Assembly (NCBI GenBank): GCA_032718475.1
Contig: JAUCBJ010001325.1
Span: 1 to 41,873 of the forward strand
Reading direction: 5' to 3'
Source: Nemertoderma westbladi
Lineage: Eukaryota; Animalia; Xenacoelomorpha
DNA: 41,873 nucleotides
Shown here in pieces: positions 31,285-41,873 of this stretch. The first letter of the stretch is position 1. Every line of letters begins with the position of its first letter. The notes under the pieces were generated by a model, which saw only the letters and a list, made by a program, of their open reading frames with translations, was not told the origin of the DNA and searched no databases. The position numbers and the translations under genes were made by a program.

Positions 31285-32415
31285 ATTCTTTAATTGTCAA
31301 TATTCCTCTTTATACATGATTTTATGAATTTTATCGGCTATTGACTATATATTGGAGATTCTCGCACACTAATATACTTAATAGGGTGAATCTCCGCTCC
31401 CATGATCTATTAATTAATGGAATTTTGGGAATGTTATAAATTGTATAAAAATGACAATTTATCAAATTCATTAATAGAGATGAATTTAAATTTATTCCCG
31501 TAAATTTTATTATTAATGTTGGAATAAGCACAATTTTATTCCAGAGCATGTCTGGGAACTGTGATCCTTGATTCTAGGAAATTTGTCTTTTTAAGAGTAT
31601 CGGTAAGTGCTACGATATCTTAATCGACTAGAATTTTAAAGGATCTAAAATTTAACAGATTTTAATTTATAGATTTTCTAGAGTTAACTTTTAAGTATTT
31701 ACTCTATTGTATTTGTTTGACAGATTTTATAAATATTAATAGTTAATATTTAAGATGGGCACCGGTTTATTCCAGAACATGTCTGGGGACGTTAACCATT
31801 GATTCTAGAATTTTATCTTTCAAGTATATCGGTGGGTGCCGCGATATCTTAATCGACTAGAATTACAGATGGTCAAAGGGTTTAACAGATTGATTTTGCA
31901 TTTTACGCTACTGTTAAAGGGACATCACGCTACTATATGTATTATTTAATATATGGTAGGAGAGCAATATTGCAAGAAGCAATGTCAGTGAGAAGAGGCA
32001 AGTTGTTTCCAAGGTCTACCCAGAGCTTGGTTTAGCCGAGACACGAGGATCTGAACTTTGCATTCCTAATACTCTACTTACCAATAATACTAGAGTATAG
32101 TAGGAGCTTTATTGTACTTTAATAAGTACGGATATTTCATCTTACTGTAGTCACGTATTTATATTATGATACGGACAGTAAGGAAAGAGAAAAGAATTAT
32201 TTCTCGCCGTCGCACTAAATATATATAATATAAGTAATTAAGTAATAAAGACTAATATATATTGCACTAATCTACTAAATAATCGCTAAAATAACATTCT
32301 ACTAAATAAAATTAAAGAAAACGATTATAATAAAATTACATAATAATACATACATAAATATAAAATAATAAAACAAATATAAAATAATATAGTCACACAC
32401 CCACTCCAGACGCTG

Positions 32416-35400
32416 TTACGTTGGGGAGTCCCTAGATGTTTGTTGGATTAGGGAGGTGGTCGTGGGAAGAGTATCTTGCCTTCCATAGTTTCCGGACAGT
32501 TCTCGGTCTCTTTCCAGTAAACATAAACGACCAACTGGGCGATTGAGTTGTTGTGTTTCGAACACAATTCCAGGTTTCTTAAAGTTACGTCGCATGACGA
32601 CGAGTTCTACCGATCGCACCAAACCATCATCTGAGATATGAGTCTCGATGATACGACCTGTCTGCCACCGCTTACGTGGAAGATCTGATTCCACAATAAG
32701 GACCATGTCTCCGGCGCTGACGTTTTCTTGCTGCGCAAACCACTTATTTCGAAGTTGTAGCGTAGGCAGATAATGTTTTTCGAAATGGTCAGCGAAACGA
32801 CGGGATAACAACTGCATAAGTTGCAAAGTTTGCCGGTAGTATTCGTCTCCGTCCGTGATTTCCGATCGTGGGAGCATGGCTACAGGTTTCTTCAGTAGGA
32901 AGTGCGCGGGTGTTAGCGCTTCCAGGGAATCGGGACTCGATGAGACTGGCATAAGCGGTCTCTCGTTGAGATAGGCGGCGATTTCCTCCATTAACGTCCG
33001 CAAAAGTTTGTCGGTGAGATACGCGCGGCACGGCACTATAAAGTGAAATGCGGTATTCAAGCTCCTGATTAATCTCTCCCAACTTCCTCCCCACCAAGGG
33101 GCGTCGGCGGCGTTGAAGGTCCAGCTAGAAGCTGTTACCCTTAGCTGATCGTCCACCTGTCTTTGGTTCCAATCCTTGACGTAAGCCTTGATTTCATTGT
33201 TGGTACCAATGAAGTTCGTTCCCTTATCAGATCTCATCGTGTTACTAGTTCCAAAGCGAGCGATCTGTCGGCGTAAGCTCAGTATGAAGCTGTTGGTAGA
33301 TAGATCGTTCACCATATCGAGATGGATAGCTCTACAAGTCATACAGACAAAGATGACACACCATCTCTTGACTATAGTCCTAGCACGATATACTTCAATA
33401 GGGCCAAATAAATCCACACCGGTATTTGCGAAGGGTGGTTCATAGAAGCTTACTCGTTCCCTAGGTAATTCTGCCTCTCGCTGTGTTAAAGGCCTACTGA
33501 ATGCTTTCCTACAGGGTATACAGTTCCTAAGAACTTGGTTCAGAGCTCTACGGAGTTTATGAAAATAATAGCGAGTTCGAATTTCGCTAAGAACTCGTTC
33601 TCTACCAGCATGGTAAAGCTTACTGTGAACATCTACAATCATCTTGATTTGTATTTCAAGATTTCTAATGAGTATGGGAAACTTAGTGTCAAAGGATAAT
33701 GGAGCATTAGTTAGTCTTCCTCCAACGCGTATTAACCCATCTATCATTGTGCTAGAGAAACGATCCCTTAAGCGCATCTGTGGATTTCTCAACAACAGGA
33801 AATACTTATCGGAATCCTCATAGCATTGCAGGAGTCTCAGTATCTGCTTATTGGTTTCTTCATGCTCCTGGTAACTGATCCTCTCCTTCAGAAATCTGTC
33901 TGGTATCTTGTATTTGGGAAGATCTTTAACAACATGGACCTGCGCAGATGTCAGTGGAGCGGTATCACTAGCGATCTTCGTCCTGGAGTAGTGATGATGA
34001 AAACATCGCTTTAAATAAGCAACGGCCTTACAAAGCCGATTCCAGGAGCTATAGTGATGTATCGCTCTCTGCAGGAGAGGTGAGAGTCCTTGCGAGACGT
34101 CTGGTGTTCCAGATTTCCAATCTCTCTCTCTGATTTCCACAACAGACTTATTTGTGGCTGGGGATTTTGGATCCAAAGCGTCGTCTCCGGAAGTATGTAG
34201 TACAGACAGATCTATCACAGGTTTAAATAACTTCGATTTACTCGCCCGGGTTTTAGGTTTGACTTTCTCCGCTCCCTTGGCTTGTCTAATCTCCGACGTA
34301 GTAAGATGAGGAGGCCATTCATCCTCTTCCTTGCTTAGGAAGTCGGGTCCACCTAACCAGTCTGGAGTATCTATCAGTTCTTGTGGAGTTGCTCCCCTGG
34401 AGGCGATGTCGGCTGGATTAATCGTCCCAGGGCAATGTCTCCATTGATCTATCTTCGTGCGACTAAGTATAATGGCTACTCTGTTGGTAACGAAGACGCT
34501 GAACTGACAGACTTCATTGGTTATATACTCCAACACGAGTAAAGCATCGGTCCAATAGACAGTTTTCTCCAGTGGATAGTCGATCTGTTCTGTTACATTC
34601 CGGCCGATGGCTGTAGCGTATAGAGCCGCTTTTAACTCCGCTCGAGGAACTTTCAACTTGTTGTTTATCAAGGCCTTAGAGGTAACCAAGGCGACCTTAA
34701 TTCCATCCGGAGTTTCAACCCTCAGGTAGGCTACTATACCTATTCCCATGTCGCTGGCGTCTCCAAACACATGGAGTTGATAGGAATACGTGGGGAGAAC
34801 GTGACCAAAATAAGAACGGGAAATCATAAAATTCTCGATGGATGGTAGAGAATCTTCCCATTTCATCCACTTCTTTAACAGTTCTCCCTTAAGTGGATCG
34901 CCCCACGAGTGGTTTTCAAGCCACATTTGTTGTACTAAACTCCGAGCAATCAATATAACTGGGCTAATAAATCCCAATGGATCGAAATAAGTGCTCAGGA
35001 TACTTAGACAAATCCGTTTAGTTCGAATTGGATTATCTCGCTGTTTTAGCTGGAAAAACAGGATATCTCTCTCCGTGTCCCATTTCAAACCAAGCATCTT
35101 GGTTTCTGGAAGATCGTCCTTGATAAAGTCTAGATCTTTAACTCCTCGGTCTTCTACCGGGATCGATTCCAGAAATTCACGGGAGTTACTGGTGAATTTA
35201 GTTAATCGAAATCCACCTCTTTTCAAGCACTCTATCGTTCCTTTGGCGACATCAATGGCTTCTTCCACCAATGGGAGGGACTTTAAATTGTCATCCATGT
35301 ATATATCCCGTTTGATGTTGTCGATAACCTCTTTGGAGAAGGCGTCCCGGTTGTCATCAGCAGTGGTGCGTTCTACTGAGCAGGCGTTTGAAGGGCTCGA

Positions 35401-36162
35401 GATGATCCCAAAAGCCTGGATGGTCATCCAGTACTCCACCGGTTTCTGGTTGAGGTCTCCTTCAGGCCACCACAGAAATTGTAGGCTGTCCCGATCCCTA
35501 TCCAGCACCTTAACTTGTAAGAACATGCCTTCTATATCGGAGGCGAAAGTAATCGAATATTGTTGTAATCTTAAGAGTATTCCCAACAAGGATTGGAGTA
35601 AGTTGGGTCCCGGCAACAACTCGGAGTTAAGGGATTGGCCCATATAGAGGGCGGAGCCATCAAATACTACCCGGAATTCGTTGGGTTTACCGGGTTTGGG
35701 AACGTAATGATGTGTTAAATAGTACGTTCTCTCAGTTATAGGTGTTTCTTCCGGTACTCGCTCCGCATATCTCTTGTCAATGAATTTCTTCAGCTGGGTC
35801 TTGTACATCTCCTTAGCTGAAGCATTTGCCGTAAGGCATCGATGTAGTTGCGCAATTCTCTTCTCCGCCAAGGGTCGGTTGTTTATAAAATTGGGTTCTC
35901 GCCGTCGGAAAGGCAGACCAATCTCATACCTACCTTGATCTTTAAGAAAACGTGTAGTCGTTTCCTGTATCTGCTTGGCTCTTTCTTCTTCTACCGATAG
36001 GGCCTTATCATAGGAATTGGGCTCTACAGCCTCTTGAGTAAAGATAAAGAATCGTACGGCGTGTTCATCGCGAGTCTTTGCGTTGTAACGATCTATCACT
36101 TCATTCAGTTCATCGTTGTAATCAGATGGATGAGGTGACACAGGTTCACTTGGTTTTGCCAA
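32416..36162 (-). CDS. pol: BEL/Pao Pol: reverse transcriptase, RNase H (Pao peptidase_A17-like region), integrase
   Basis: RVVFDGSA, SLNSELLPGPNL, SDIEGMFLQV, IYMDD; FDPLG, LHVFGDAS, PRAELKAA, YWTD, NPADIASRG; IN HHCC (H..LYHAG...CIPC), GVDLFGP, SDKGTNF, GGSWERLI, RPVGRLCLL. Confidence 0.96.
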   Translation of the reverse strand: MAKPSEPVSPHPSDYNDELNEVIDRYNAKTRDEHAVRFFIFTQEAVEPNSYDKALSVEEERAKQIQETTTRFLKDQGRYEIGLPFRRREPNFINNRPLAEKRIAQLHRCLTANASAKEMYKTQLKKFIDKRYAERVPEETPITERTYYLTHHYVPKPGKPNEFRVVFDGSALYMGQSLNSELLPGPNLLQSLLGILLRLQQYSITFASDIEGMFLQVKVLDRDRDSLQFLWWPEGDLNQKPVEYWMTIQAFGIISSPSNACSVERTTADDNRDAFSKEVIDNIKRDIYMDDNLKSLPLVEEAIDVAKGTIECLKRGGFRLTKFTSNSREFLESIPVEDRGVKDLDFIKDDLPETKMLGLKWDTERDILFFQLKQRDNPIRTKRICLSILSTYFDPLGFISPVILIARSLVQQMWLENHSWGDPLKGELLKKWMKWEDSLPSIENFMISRSYFGHVLPTYSYQLHVFGDASDMGIGIVAYLRVETPDGIKVALVTSKALINNKLKVPRAELKAALYATAIGRNVTEQIDYPLEKTVYWTDALLVLEYITNEVCQFSVFVTNRVAIILSRTKIDQWRHCPGTINPADIASRGATPQELIDTPDWLGGPDFLSKEEDEWPPHLTTSEIRQAKGAEKVKPKTRASKSKLFKPVIDLSVLHTSGDDALDPKSPATNKSVVEIRERDWKSGTPDVSQGLSPLLQRAIHHYSSWNRLCKAVAYLKRCFHHHYSRTKIASDTAPLTSAQVHVVKDLPKYKIPDRFLKERISYQEHEETNKQILRLLQCYEDSDKYFLLLRNPQMRLRDRFSSTMIDGLIRVGGRLTNAPLSFDTKFPILIRNLEIQIKMIVDVHSKLYHAGRERVLSEIRTRYYFHKLRRALNQVLRNCIPCRKAFSRPLTQREAELPRERVSFYEPPFANTGVDLFGPIEVYRARTIVKRWCVIFVCMTCRAIHLDMVNDLSTNSFILSLRRQIARFGTSNTMRSDKGTNFIGTNNEIKAYVKDWNQRQVDDQLRVTASSWTFNAADAPWWGGSWERLIRSLNTAFHFIVPCRAYLTDKLLRTLMEEIAAYLNERPLMPVSSSPDSLEALTPAHFLLKKPVAMLPRSEITDGDEYYRQTLQLMQLLSRRFADHFEKHYLPTLQLRNKWFAQQENVSAGDMVLIVESDLPRKRWQTGRIIETHISDDGLVRSVELVVMRRNFKKPGIVFETQQLNRPVGRLCLLERDRELSGNYGRQDTLPTTTSLIQQTSRDSPT

Positions 36163-37301
36163 GTTTCATTTTCCATAAGGAGGTCGATGGTATTCTCCTC
36201 GTCGAATAGTTGATGAATATCGTCATTATCTGAGGAGTATGGTGTTCCCTCAGGTGTGTTGTCTCCCTCACTGATTTCCTCTTCCCATTCACTCACCTGG
36301 TAGACTTGTTCTTTAGGTAGCCTATCCATGAGAGTTCTATGGGAAGGTCCAGTAAAGTACCAACCTACTCTAGTTCTTCCCGCATAGGTTTGCAGTGGTT
36401 GCGGTTGAGCAGGCCATTTCTCTAATGTCTCAAGCACCTCATGCGCATTTTGGCCGATGAGTATCTGTACCCCTGGGTAGTCGGTGTTGAAACTAGGTAT
36501 CTCCTGCTGCTGGGTGAAATCGTCTTCATCCCAGTTATAAGGTTCCACTTGGCTGGTAGCGAAGTTCTTTATCGCCACCATTTTTACTGACCTTATACTG
36601 TGTTTTCCTAGTTCATCCTGGGGGGTGGACAACGCGCCTACATAGTAGTCTGTAGCTACTGTAGATTTCCAAACCTGCATAATTCCTGAAAGGTTCAACT
36701 TAGTTCGGAACTTGGGTTGTCCAGCAAAGATGTCTTCGGCTAGTTCTTTGTCGATGAATGTTCCTGTGCTGCCGGAGTCAAGGAGGGCGTTCACTATATA
36801 GCTCTTTTTTAACCCGTGGACTCTCAACTGCACTACGGGAAATTCTCGGATTCCTACGTTGGAAGTTGGCGCTTTCCAAGATGGTTGTCGGTCAGGAATA
36901 GTTAGGGGGAGCTCACTATCGGTTTCAGTCTCATACGTAAGTGCTCGATACACTGCGGTGTTTATTAGATAACAGGATTCGTTTTTGTCGGAGAATTCAT
37001 CTGTGTAGAATCCTTCCATCTCAGAACTGTGGTCAGTGTCGTTCACATCACTGAATTGGACATGTAGTTCGGACTCACTTACCTGACTCGGGCTGTTTCT
37101 TTCGAATTCGGTGTGCAATAAGATATGATGTTTCGCGCCGCACTTAGCACACCTTGCGTCGGAGTAACAGGTTCGCCGTTGGTGTCCTTGTCTGAGACAA
37201 TTATAACACAACCGCTTATCCCGCATGACTTCGCGTCTATCTTTTAGGGATTTCTTTAAGAATTCCTCACACACACTTAAGGGGCCCGTCGCACAACGCA
37301 C
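36105..37301 (-). CDS. Gag zinc knuckles + aspartic protease (frameshifted piece of gag-pol)
   Basis: CYNCLRQGHQRRTC, CAKCGAKHHILLH, ALLDSGS; continuous with upstream gag in copy 1. Confidence 0.88.
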   Translation of the reverse strand: MRCATGPLSVCEEFLKKSLKDRREVMRDKRLCYNCLRQGHQRRTCYSDARCAKCGAKHHILLHTEFERNSPSQVSESELHVQFSDVNDTDHSSEMEGFYTDEFSDKNESCYLINTAVYRALTYETETDSELPLTIPDRQPSWKAPTSNVGIREFPVVQLRVHGLKKSYIVNALLDSGSTGTFIDKELAEDIFAGQPKFRTKLNLSGIMQVWKSTVATDYYVGALSTPQDELGKHSIRSVKMVAIKNFATSQVEPYNWDEDDFTQQQEIPSFNTDYPGVQILIGQNAHEVLETLEKWPAQPQPLQTYAGRTRVGWYFTGPSHRTLMDRLPKEQVYQVSEWEEEISEGDNTPEGTPYSSDNDDIHQLFDEENTIDLLMENETWQNQVNLCHLIHLITTMN

Positions 37302-38409
37302 ATTTTGGTTTGATGTTACTTACTTTACCTTGGGTAGTGTTGTGCACACTCGTTCTTTCCTCGGGCTTTCTTCCATGAACTCTCTTAGGAGACGTAGGAG
37401 GAGTTTTTGTTACCTGTTCTCTCCTGTCACTGGTTCGAGACTTAAATTTACTTACGTCTTTAGGTGCCTTGTTGACATAGTAAGATCTTTCGGTGTCTTT
37501 CCCGCTGTTCTCCTCTTGAGAGGTTTGGCTTTTGCCGTCATCTGTATAACACACTGGGGTGACCTTTCTCCTAGAAACGGGTTTTTCAATTACCTTATTT
37601 TCCGGTGTCTTCTCTCGGGACTGCTTTAGGAGCTGTAATCTTACCTCTCCATTTAAGAATGACATGAGATCAGCCATGGTAGGGTCTCTTTGTTGCTGAT
37701 CCATCATATAGAGCACTTTCTTGTCCCAGCGAGTACCTACTCCACCCTTTGGCAAAGTAGATGCTACGGCTCCAATAACCATAGAACTCTGATATTCATG
37801 AGACTTACCTAGCCAATCTAATTGTCTACAAATCTCCTGGATCTCATCGGAGAATTCTATAATCCCGCTGCTAAGAATCTTTCGGGGCGCTACCAATTTC
37901 GCATACAAATACCTAGCTATGTTATTCCTATTACCATACCTGATGTTTAGTGTATCCCAAACTTGTCTTAATCCATCTGGATGTCCAATAAACTTTAATG
38001 CTATTAACTTGGGAGATCCTTCCAAGCACTCGATGAGGAATCTAAGTTTCTCTCCGTTAGATAGCACAGAGTTCTGTATGTTATCTTTATAATATTCATT
38101 AAAAGGTAACCATTTCATCTCATCTCCGTTGAACTTGACGATCTCTCCCACCTTTACCGCTTGACGGGCTTCGGTTCTAGCCATTTGACGCGTAAAACTT
38201 TCGTGGGCCATCGTATTATTTAATATCGAGTTATCGGTATATAAATTTCTCGGATTATTATCAGGTCTATATGGAATATCATTATCAACAGGTTTATAGT
38301 TACCCTTAATGGGGTTTATTATAGGAGTTTCTACTTCGCTAGCAGTATAGATGCGTGTAGGCTCCACACCTTGCGCATGAAATATTTCAGACCTAACAGG
38401 TTGACACAT
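37267..38409 (-). CDS. Gag central domain (DUF1759-like), frameshifted piece
   Basis: KFNGDEMKWLPF...EKLRFLIECLEG; near-identical to copy 1. Confidence 0.85.
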   Translation of the reverse strand: MCQPVRSEIFHAQGVEPTRIYTASEVETPIINPIKGNYKPVDNDIPYRPDNNPRNLYTDNSILNNTMAHESFTRQMARTEARQAVKVGEIVKFNGDEMKWLPFNEYYKDNIQNSVLSNGEKLRFLIECLEGSPKLIALKFIGHPDGLRQVWDTLNIRYGNRNNIARYLYAKLVAPRKILSSGIIEFSDEIQEICRQLDWLGKSHEYQSSMVIGAVASTLPKGGVGTRWDKKVLYMMDQQQRDPTMADLMSFLNGEVRLQLLKQSREKTPENKVIEKPVSRRKVTPVCYTDDGKSQTSQEENSGKDTERSYYVNKAPKDVSKFKSRTSDRREQVTKTPPTSPKRVHGRKPEERTSVHNTTQGKVSNIKPKCALCDGPLKCV

Positions 38410-38447
38410 TGTTACAGGGGGTGATGGTATACCCCTTTGTATATTTA

Positions 38448-39441
38448 CTAATTTAATTTCTGCTGCACTTCTTGCAACTCTAACCTACCCTCTCTGACTG
38501 TTCCCTTTAACTGTTGAGCAGTCCCTTCCATCTCCCGGACCTGCTGATAGGAACACAAACGGTGTTCCCTCAGCTGCCCGAGCAGGAGACCCATCTCCCG
38601 CCGTCCCTCATCCACCCACTCTACCGCCGAAGCGGGAGCCGCCAACATAGTAGCAGGTAGACGAGGGACGATGGGCGATAAATCGTTAATGTCTCGCTCA
38701 GCGTCCAGGACTGGAATTGACTCTGGAACAGTCCTACTGGGTACAGGTAGTTTAGTACTGTGCAAAGGGAATTTAGAGTTAGGTTCTGGAAGTACAGGGA
38801 TCTCTATCACAGAAGGGGTGGCTTCGAGAACAGGCCTAATTATTTCAGGCTCATCTACTATAGTAGGGAGTCTTTCTACCCTAAAAATTTGGTCTGTGGT
38901 TTCTGTACTACCTACGTCTGCACTAGCTAGTTGCCTTCTCACAGCTGGGGGCAGATTAGGCAATTTCTGATGGTGAGGCATTCTTCTACGTCTGCTGGAA
39001 CGAGATCTATTTCCTCCGCCTTCAGGATCTGTTGTATCGCCTTCATCAGATGATGTAAATCCCTGTCTCTTGGGAGTAGATCGACTTATCATCTGCATAT
39101 ACTTAGCTGTTCTTTGTTTATTGAAGTAATCTTGCTTCTCTTGAAGATTGTCCAACTCTAGTTGGACTGTCTCTTCAGATGCCCTCCGTTCTGCTGCTGC
39201 CACTGCCTCTGCCGATGCCGCTGCCGCTTCCGCTGCCGCTTTTCTTTCAGCCTCTGCCTCTGCCGCTGCCGCTTTTCTTTCAGCTTCTGCCGCTGCCGCT
39301 GCGGCTACCTTTCTGTCTTCTATCCGTTTTTTCTTTAATTGTCCTTCCTGTTCCCTAGCGAGGAGGATGCTTTCATCAAATTTAGCCTGCTCTGTGACTA
39401 ACATTTCCGCATCTAATGCGTCTAACACAAATTTGGCTCCT
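38448..39441 (-). pseudogene. N-terminally truncated Gag coiled-coil region
   Basis: Homologous to copy 1 at about 10440-11481; joined directly to the 5' leader at 39441/39442. Confidence 0.8.
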
Positions 39442-39671
39442 CCGGTATATAATTATCAAAATCGAATAATACTGCTGTACCTGTACTGCTGTAAGTACCG
39501 GTTCGGGTGGTTAGGTAGTTAGGCCTACAGGTTACCGGTCGACCGGTACTTTCGACTTTATTGCCTATGTTGCAATAAATAAACTAGAATAATGTTATTG
39601 TTCTTACCAGAACAATAGTAAACTGTATTTATTGTCTACTGTGCAATAAAGGAAAAATCTATAACTGTTAT

Positions 39672-40859
39672 TGTTCGCGCTTTTAGACCTTTAGCAGTTT
39701 AACCCGCTAATTTTAGGTGTCTTCTAGTTTATAAATCGACTTTAGCCTATAACAAGTATTTGTTGCATATAAGATATAAAGTTACATTAGCCGAAGCCAG
39801 CCTATGCGCGACCATTCACCCACAGTTAAGGGAGACTGGATTCGGAGGCTCTGACCTTATTGCGGTGTAGACTTACTGTATTATTCGATTGCTCGTTACT
39901 ATAATATCTCTGACAAATATTATTTACTTTCGGGAAATATTAACAGTTCCTTTAGGACGTGGCGCTTTAAGTATGTAAACAGAGTTATGACTTACACTAA
40001 ACACAACGGGATGGCTAATGATTTTCGTATAAAGCGCATTCTTTAGGAAATGCTTTGTTATCTGTCACTCTCATGCACACTACCGCACACTGCTGCACAC
40101 TAATCTGCCGACCTTCACTAAATTTGATCATATATAAGGAGAATAGTAACTGACACATGTAGGGATTATGAAATAGCATTCAATTCACTCCAAAACCACT
40201 ATAATGTAAGTAGCAGTTGCTACAGGTAACTAGTCCCTCTTACCTTCAGTATATCAAGAAGATTGGGGTTTTATGATTATTTATCGATATTCTCCAAATA
40301 TAACAACATATCCATCAACTTATAACAATCAATAACCGACAGTAAATAGCAGTAAAATAATGCGGTGAAAGGTATGTATAGTATGATATGGGCTGCGATA
40401 ACAGTTATACGTTCCTATAATCAAAGCCGTCGATTGTTTGGCTAAAGTCTGAAACTCAGAATAATTCCAAAGCCGATGTTTTGGGGCTCAGGAAAAGGTA
40501 AACAAAAACCGTCATGCATTGCGCGATTTCCCGTAGGCTTCTGTGCAAATAAAATGAAAATCGCTCTGATTGGTCGAGTGAGCTGAACAAAGAGAGTTAA
40601 GAAAGCTCCACATCGACATCAAAATCAGCTGATAGATTTCGTCATCTGAACCACACTGTATTAAGAGTATTTGGCGTATTGCGGCATAAAATGGCTTGTT
40701 ATGTCCGCTAAAGTACACATACAGAAAAAATGGCTTTTTATGTCCGCTAAAACACCTACACAGTACTTTGCGGGAAAAATGGCTTGTTATGTCCGCTAAA
40801 ACAACTAAACAGTTCATTGCGGAGAAAAATGACTGGTTATATCCGCAAAAGCCTTTACA
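39672..40859 (-). repeat. 5' LTR of copy 2 (1188 bp)
   Basis: TG...CA termini, followed by TSD ACAAT. Confidence 0.96.
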
Positions 40860-41386
40860 ACAATGAACCCTCCGTAGCATTCTTGTGAATGTGCCATCCA
40901 GAGATTTGGTGTCCTCAGCAGTTAGAGCCCAGCATGGACTCCCATAGAGGAGTACTGGAACTACTGGCTGCTCTAAATAATCGGACCTTAAGTTTCCGAT
41001 TAATTCTCGGTGACTTCCAAATCCTGGAAAGCCTATTCAAGGCTGCCCATGCCTTTCCCTTACGTATTCGAAGGTCCTCACCTGACTTCCGGATCCATGA
41101 TCCCAGGTAACAAAAGTCGTCCATATGCTCAAGCATACCATCCTTTGAGCTTATGCTCTTCCGATCAGAGACTTGCTGAGAACTTTCAAAGTTAACTGTC
41201 AAAATTTTGCTCTTTCTGGAGTTAATAAAAAGACCAACACTAGAAGCAGCATGTTCTAATGAGCTGAGGAGCCGTTGGGCTCCCTCTAATGATTCTGAGA
41301 GTACTCCTAAGTCATCAGCAAAGTCTAGATCAGTTAGGTACTTGGCATGATTTCCTCGACTTCTGGAGCCAGTAGGTGGAGATATC
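40860..41386 (-). mobile_element. 5' part of the truncated RTE-like LINE (RT C-terminal half)
   Basis: LTDLDFADDL, GLFINSRKSK, FCYLGS, RKGKAWAA; TSD AAGACCTAACTA at 41387-41398. Confidence 0.9.
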
Positions 41387-41873
41387 AAGACCTAACTAGA
41401 ATATACTCCAAACATCTGCAATGTGCAATCTAAACCCCTCAACCATCAAAATAGACCGATGAAACCTCGGATTACAAATCTTATCACAATCTATACGAAA
41501 TAACGATAAATTATACCGAACTACCGGTACTTACGTAACCACAATGGTCTACTAATATACTGTATAAATGTTTACGTTTATCTCCACCCACCCCAACCCA
41601 AAGGAGGACAAAGGATTGATGACACCCAGGTATTAACAGAGAATTGGGGTTTTAAAAGTACGATAATTTAGGCGTGATGCGACCCAATTTGTAAGAAATA
41701 GTAAAACTCCTTATGCCGATAGTATTGGTACTGAAATATTAATAAATTAATTTACCATGTCAATGCCTCAACATAATTATTTAGCTAATTCTAAAGAATT
41801 ACCATTAAATACCCTAGCCAATCATTTTACGAAATAAACAATAAGTTACCTGTCTGGCTCCTTTCGCAGTCAA

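Larger units (their letters stand above)
26225..40859 (-). mobile_element. BEL/Pao LTR retrotransposon, copy 2 (pol present; 5' leader/gag start deleted; frameshifted)
   Basis: 1188-bp LTR pair, TSD ACAAT (26220-26224 and 40860-40864), domain order gag-PR-RT-RH-IN with BEL-specific motifs. Confidence 0.96.

Overview
Eukaryotic (probably animal) repeat-rich window with no host gene. It is dominated by two related, unusually large BEL/Pao-type LTR retrotransposons on the minus strand: copy 1 at 3241-16840 (TSD AATAG, inserted in a 20/26-bp satellite) and copy 2 at 26225-40859 (TSD ACAAT, inserted in a 5'-truncated RTE-like LINE that has its own 12-bp TSD). Copy 1 keeps gag-protease but has lost RT/RNase H and integrase through two frame-preserving deletions. 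Copy 2 keeps pol but has lost about 3.9 kb of 5' leader and the gag start. The most notable signal is that neither copy has a tRNA-type (TGG) primer binding site. Instead, the 12 nt abutting the 5' LTR are perfectly complementary to a 12-mer inside the LTR, with the geometry of Tf1-type self-primed reverse transcription. Both copies also carry a large post-pol region with a reconstructable ~515-aa non-env extra ORF ending in a basic NLS-like tail, a second PPT-like site, and a structured 5' leader. Other elements are a LINE fragment at the left edge, a 2-kb non-autonomous TIR element, hAT transposase remnants, a CRE-type restriction-like-endonuclease LINE fragment, a probable solo LTR, and a MULE-like element with a 68-bp minisatellite nested in copy 2. 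All coordinates and alignments were read by eye.
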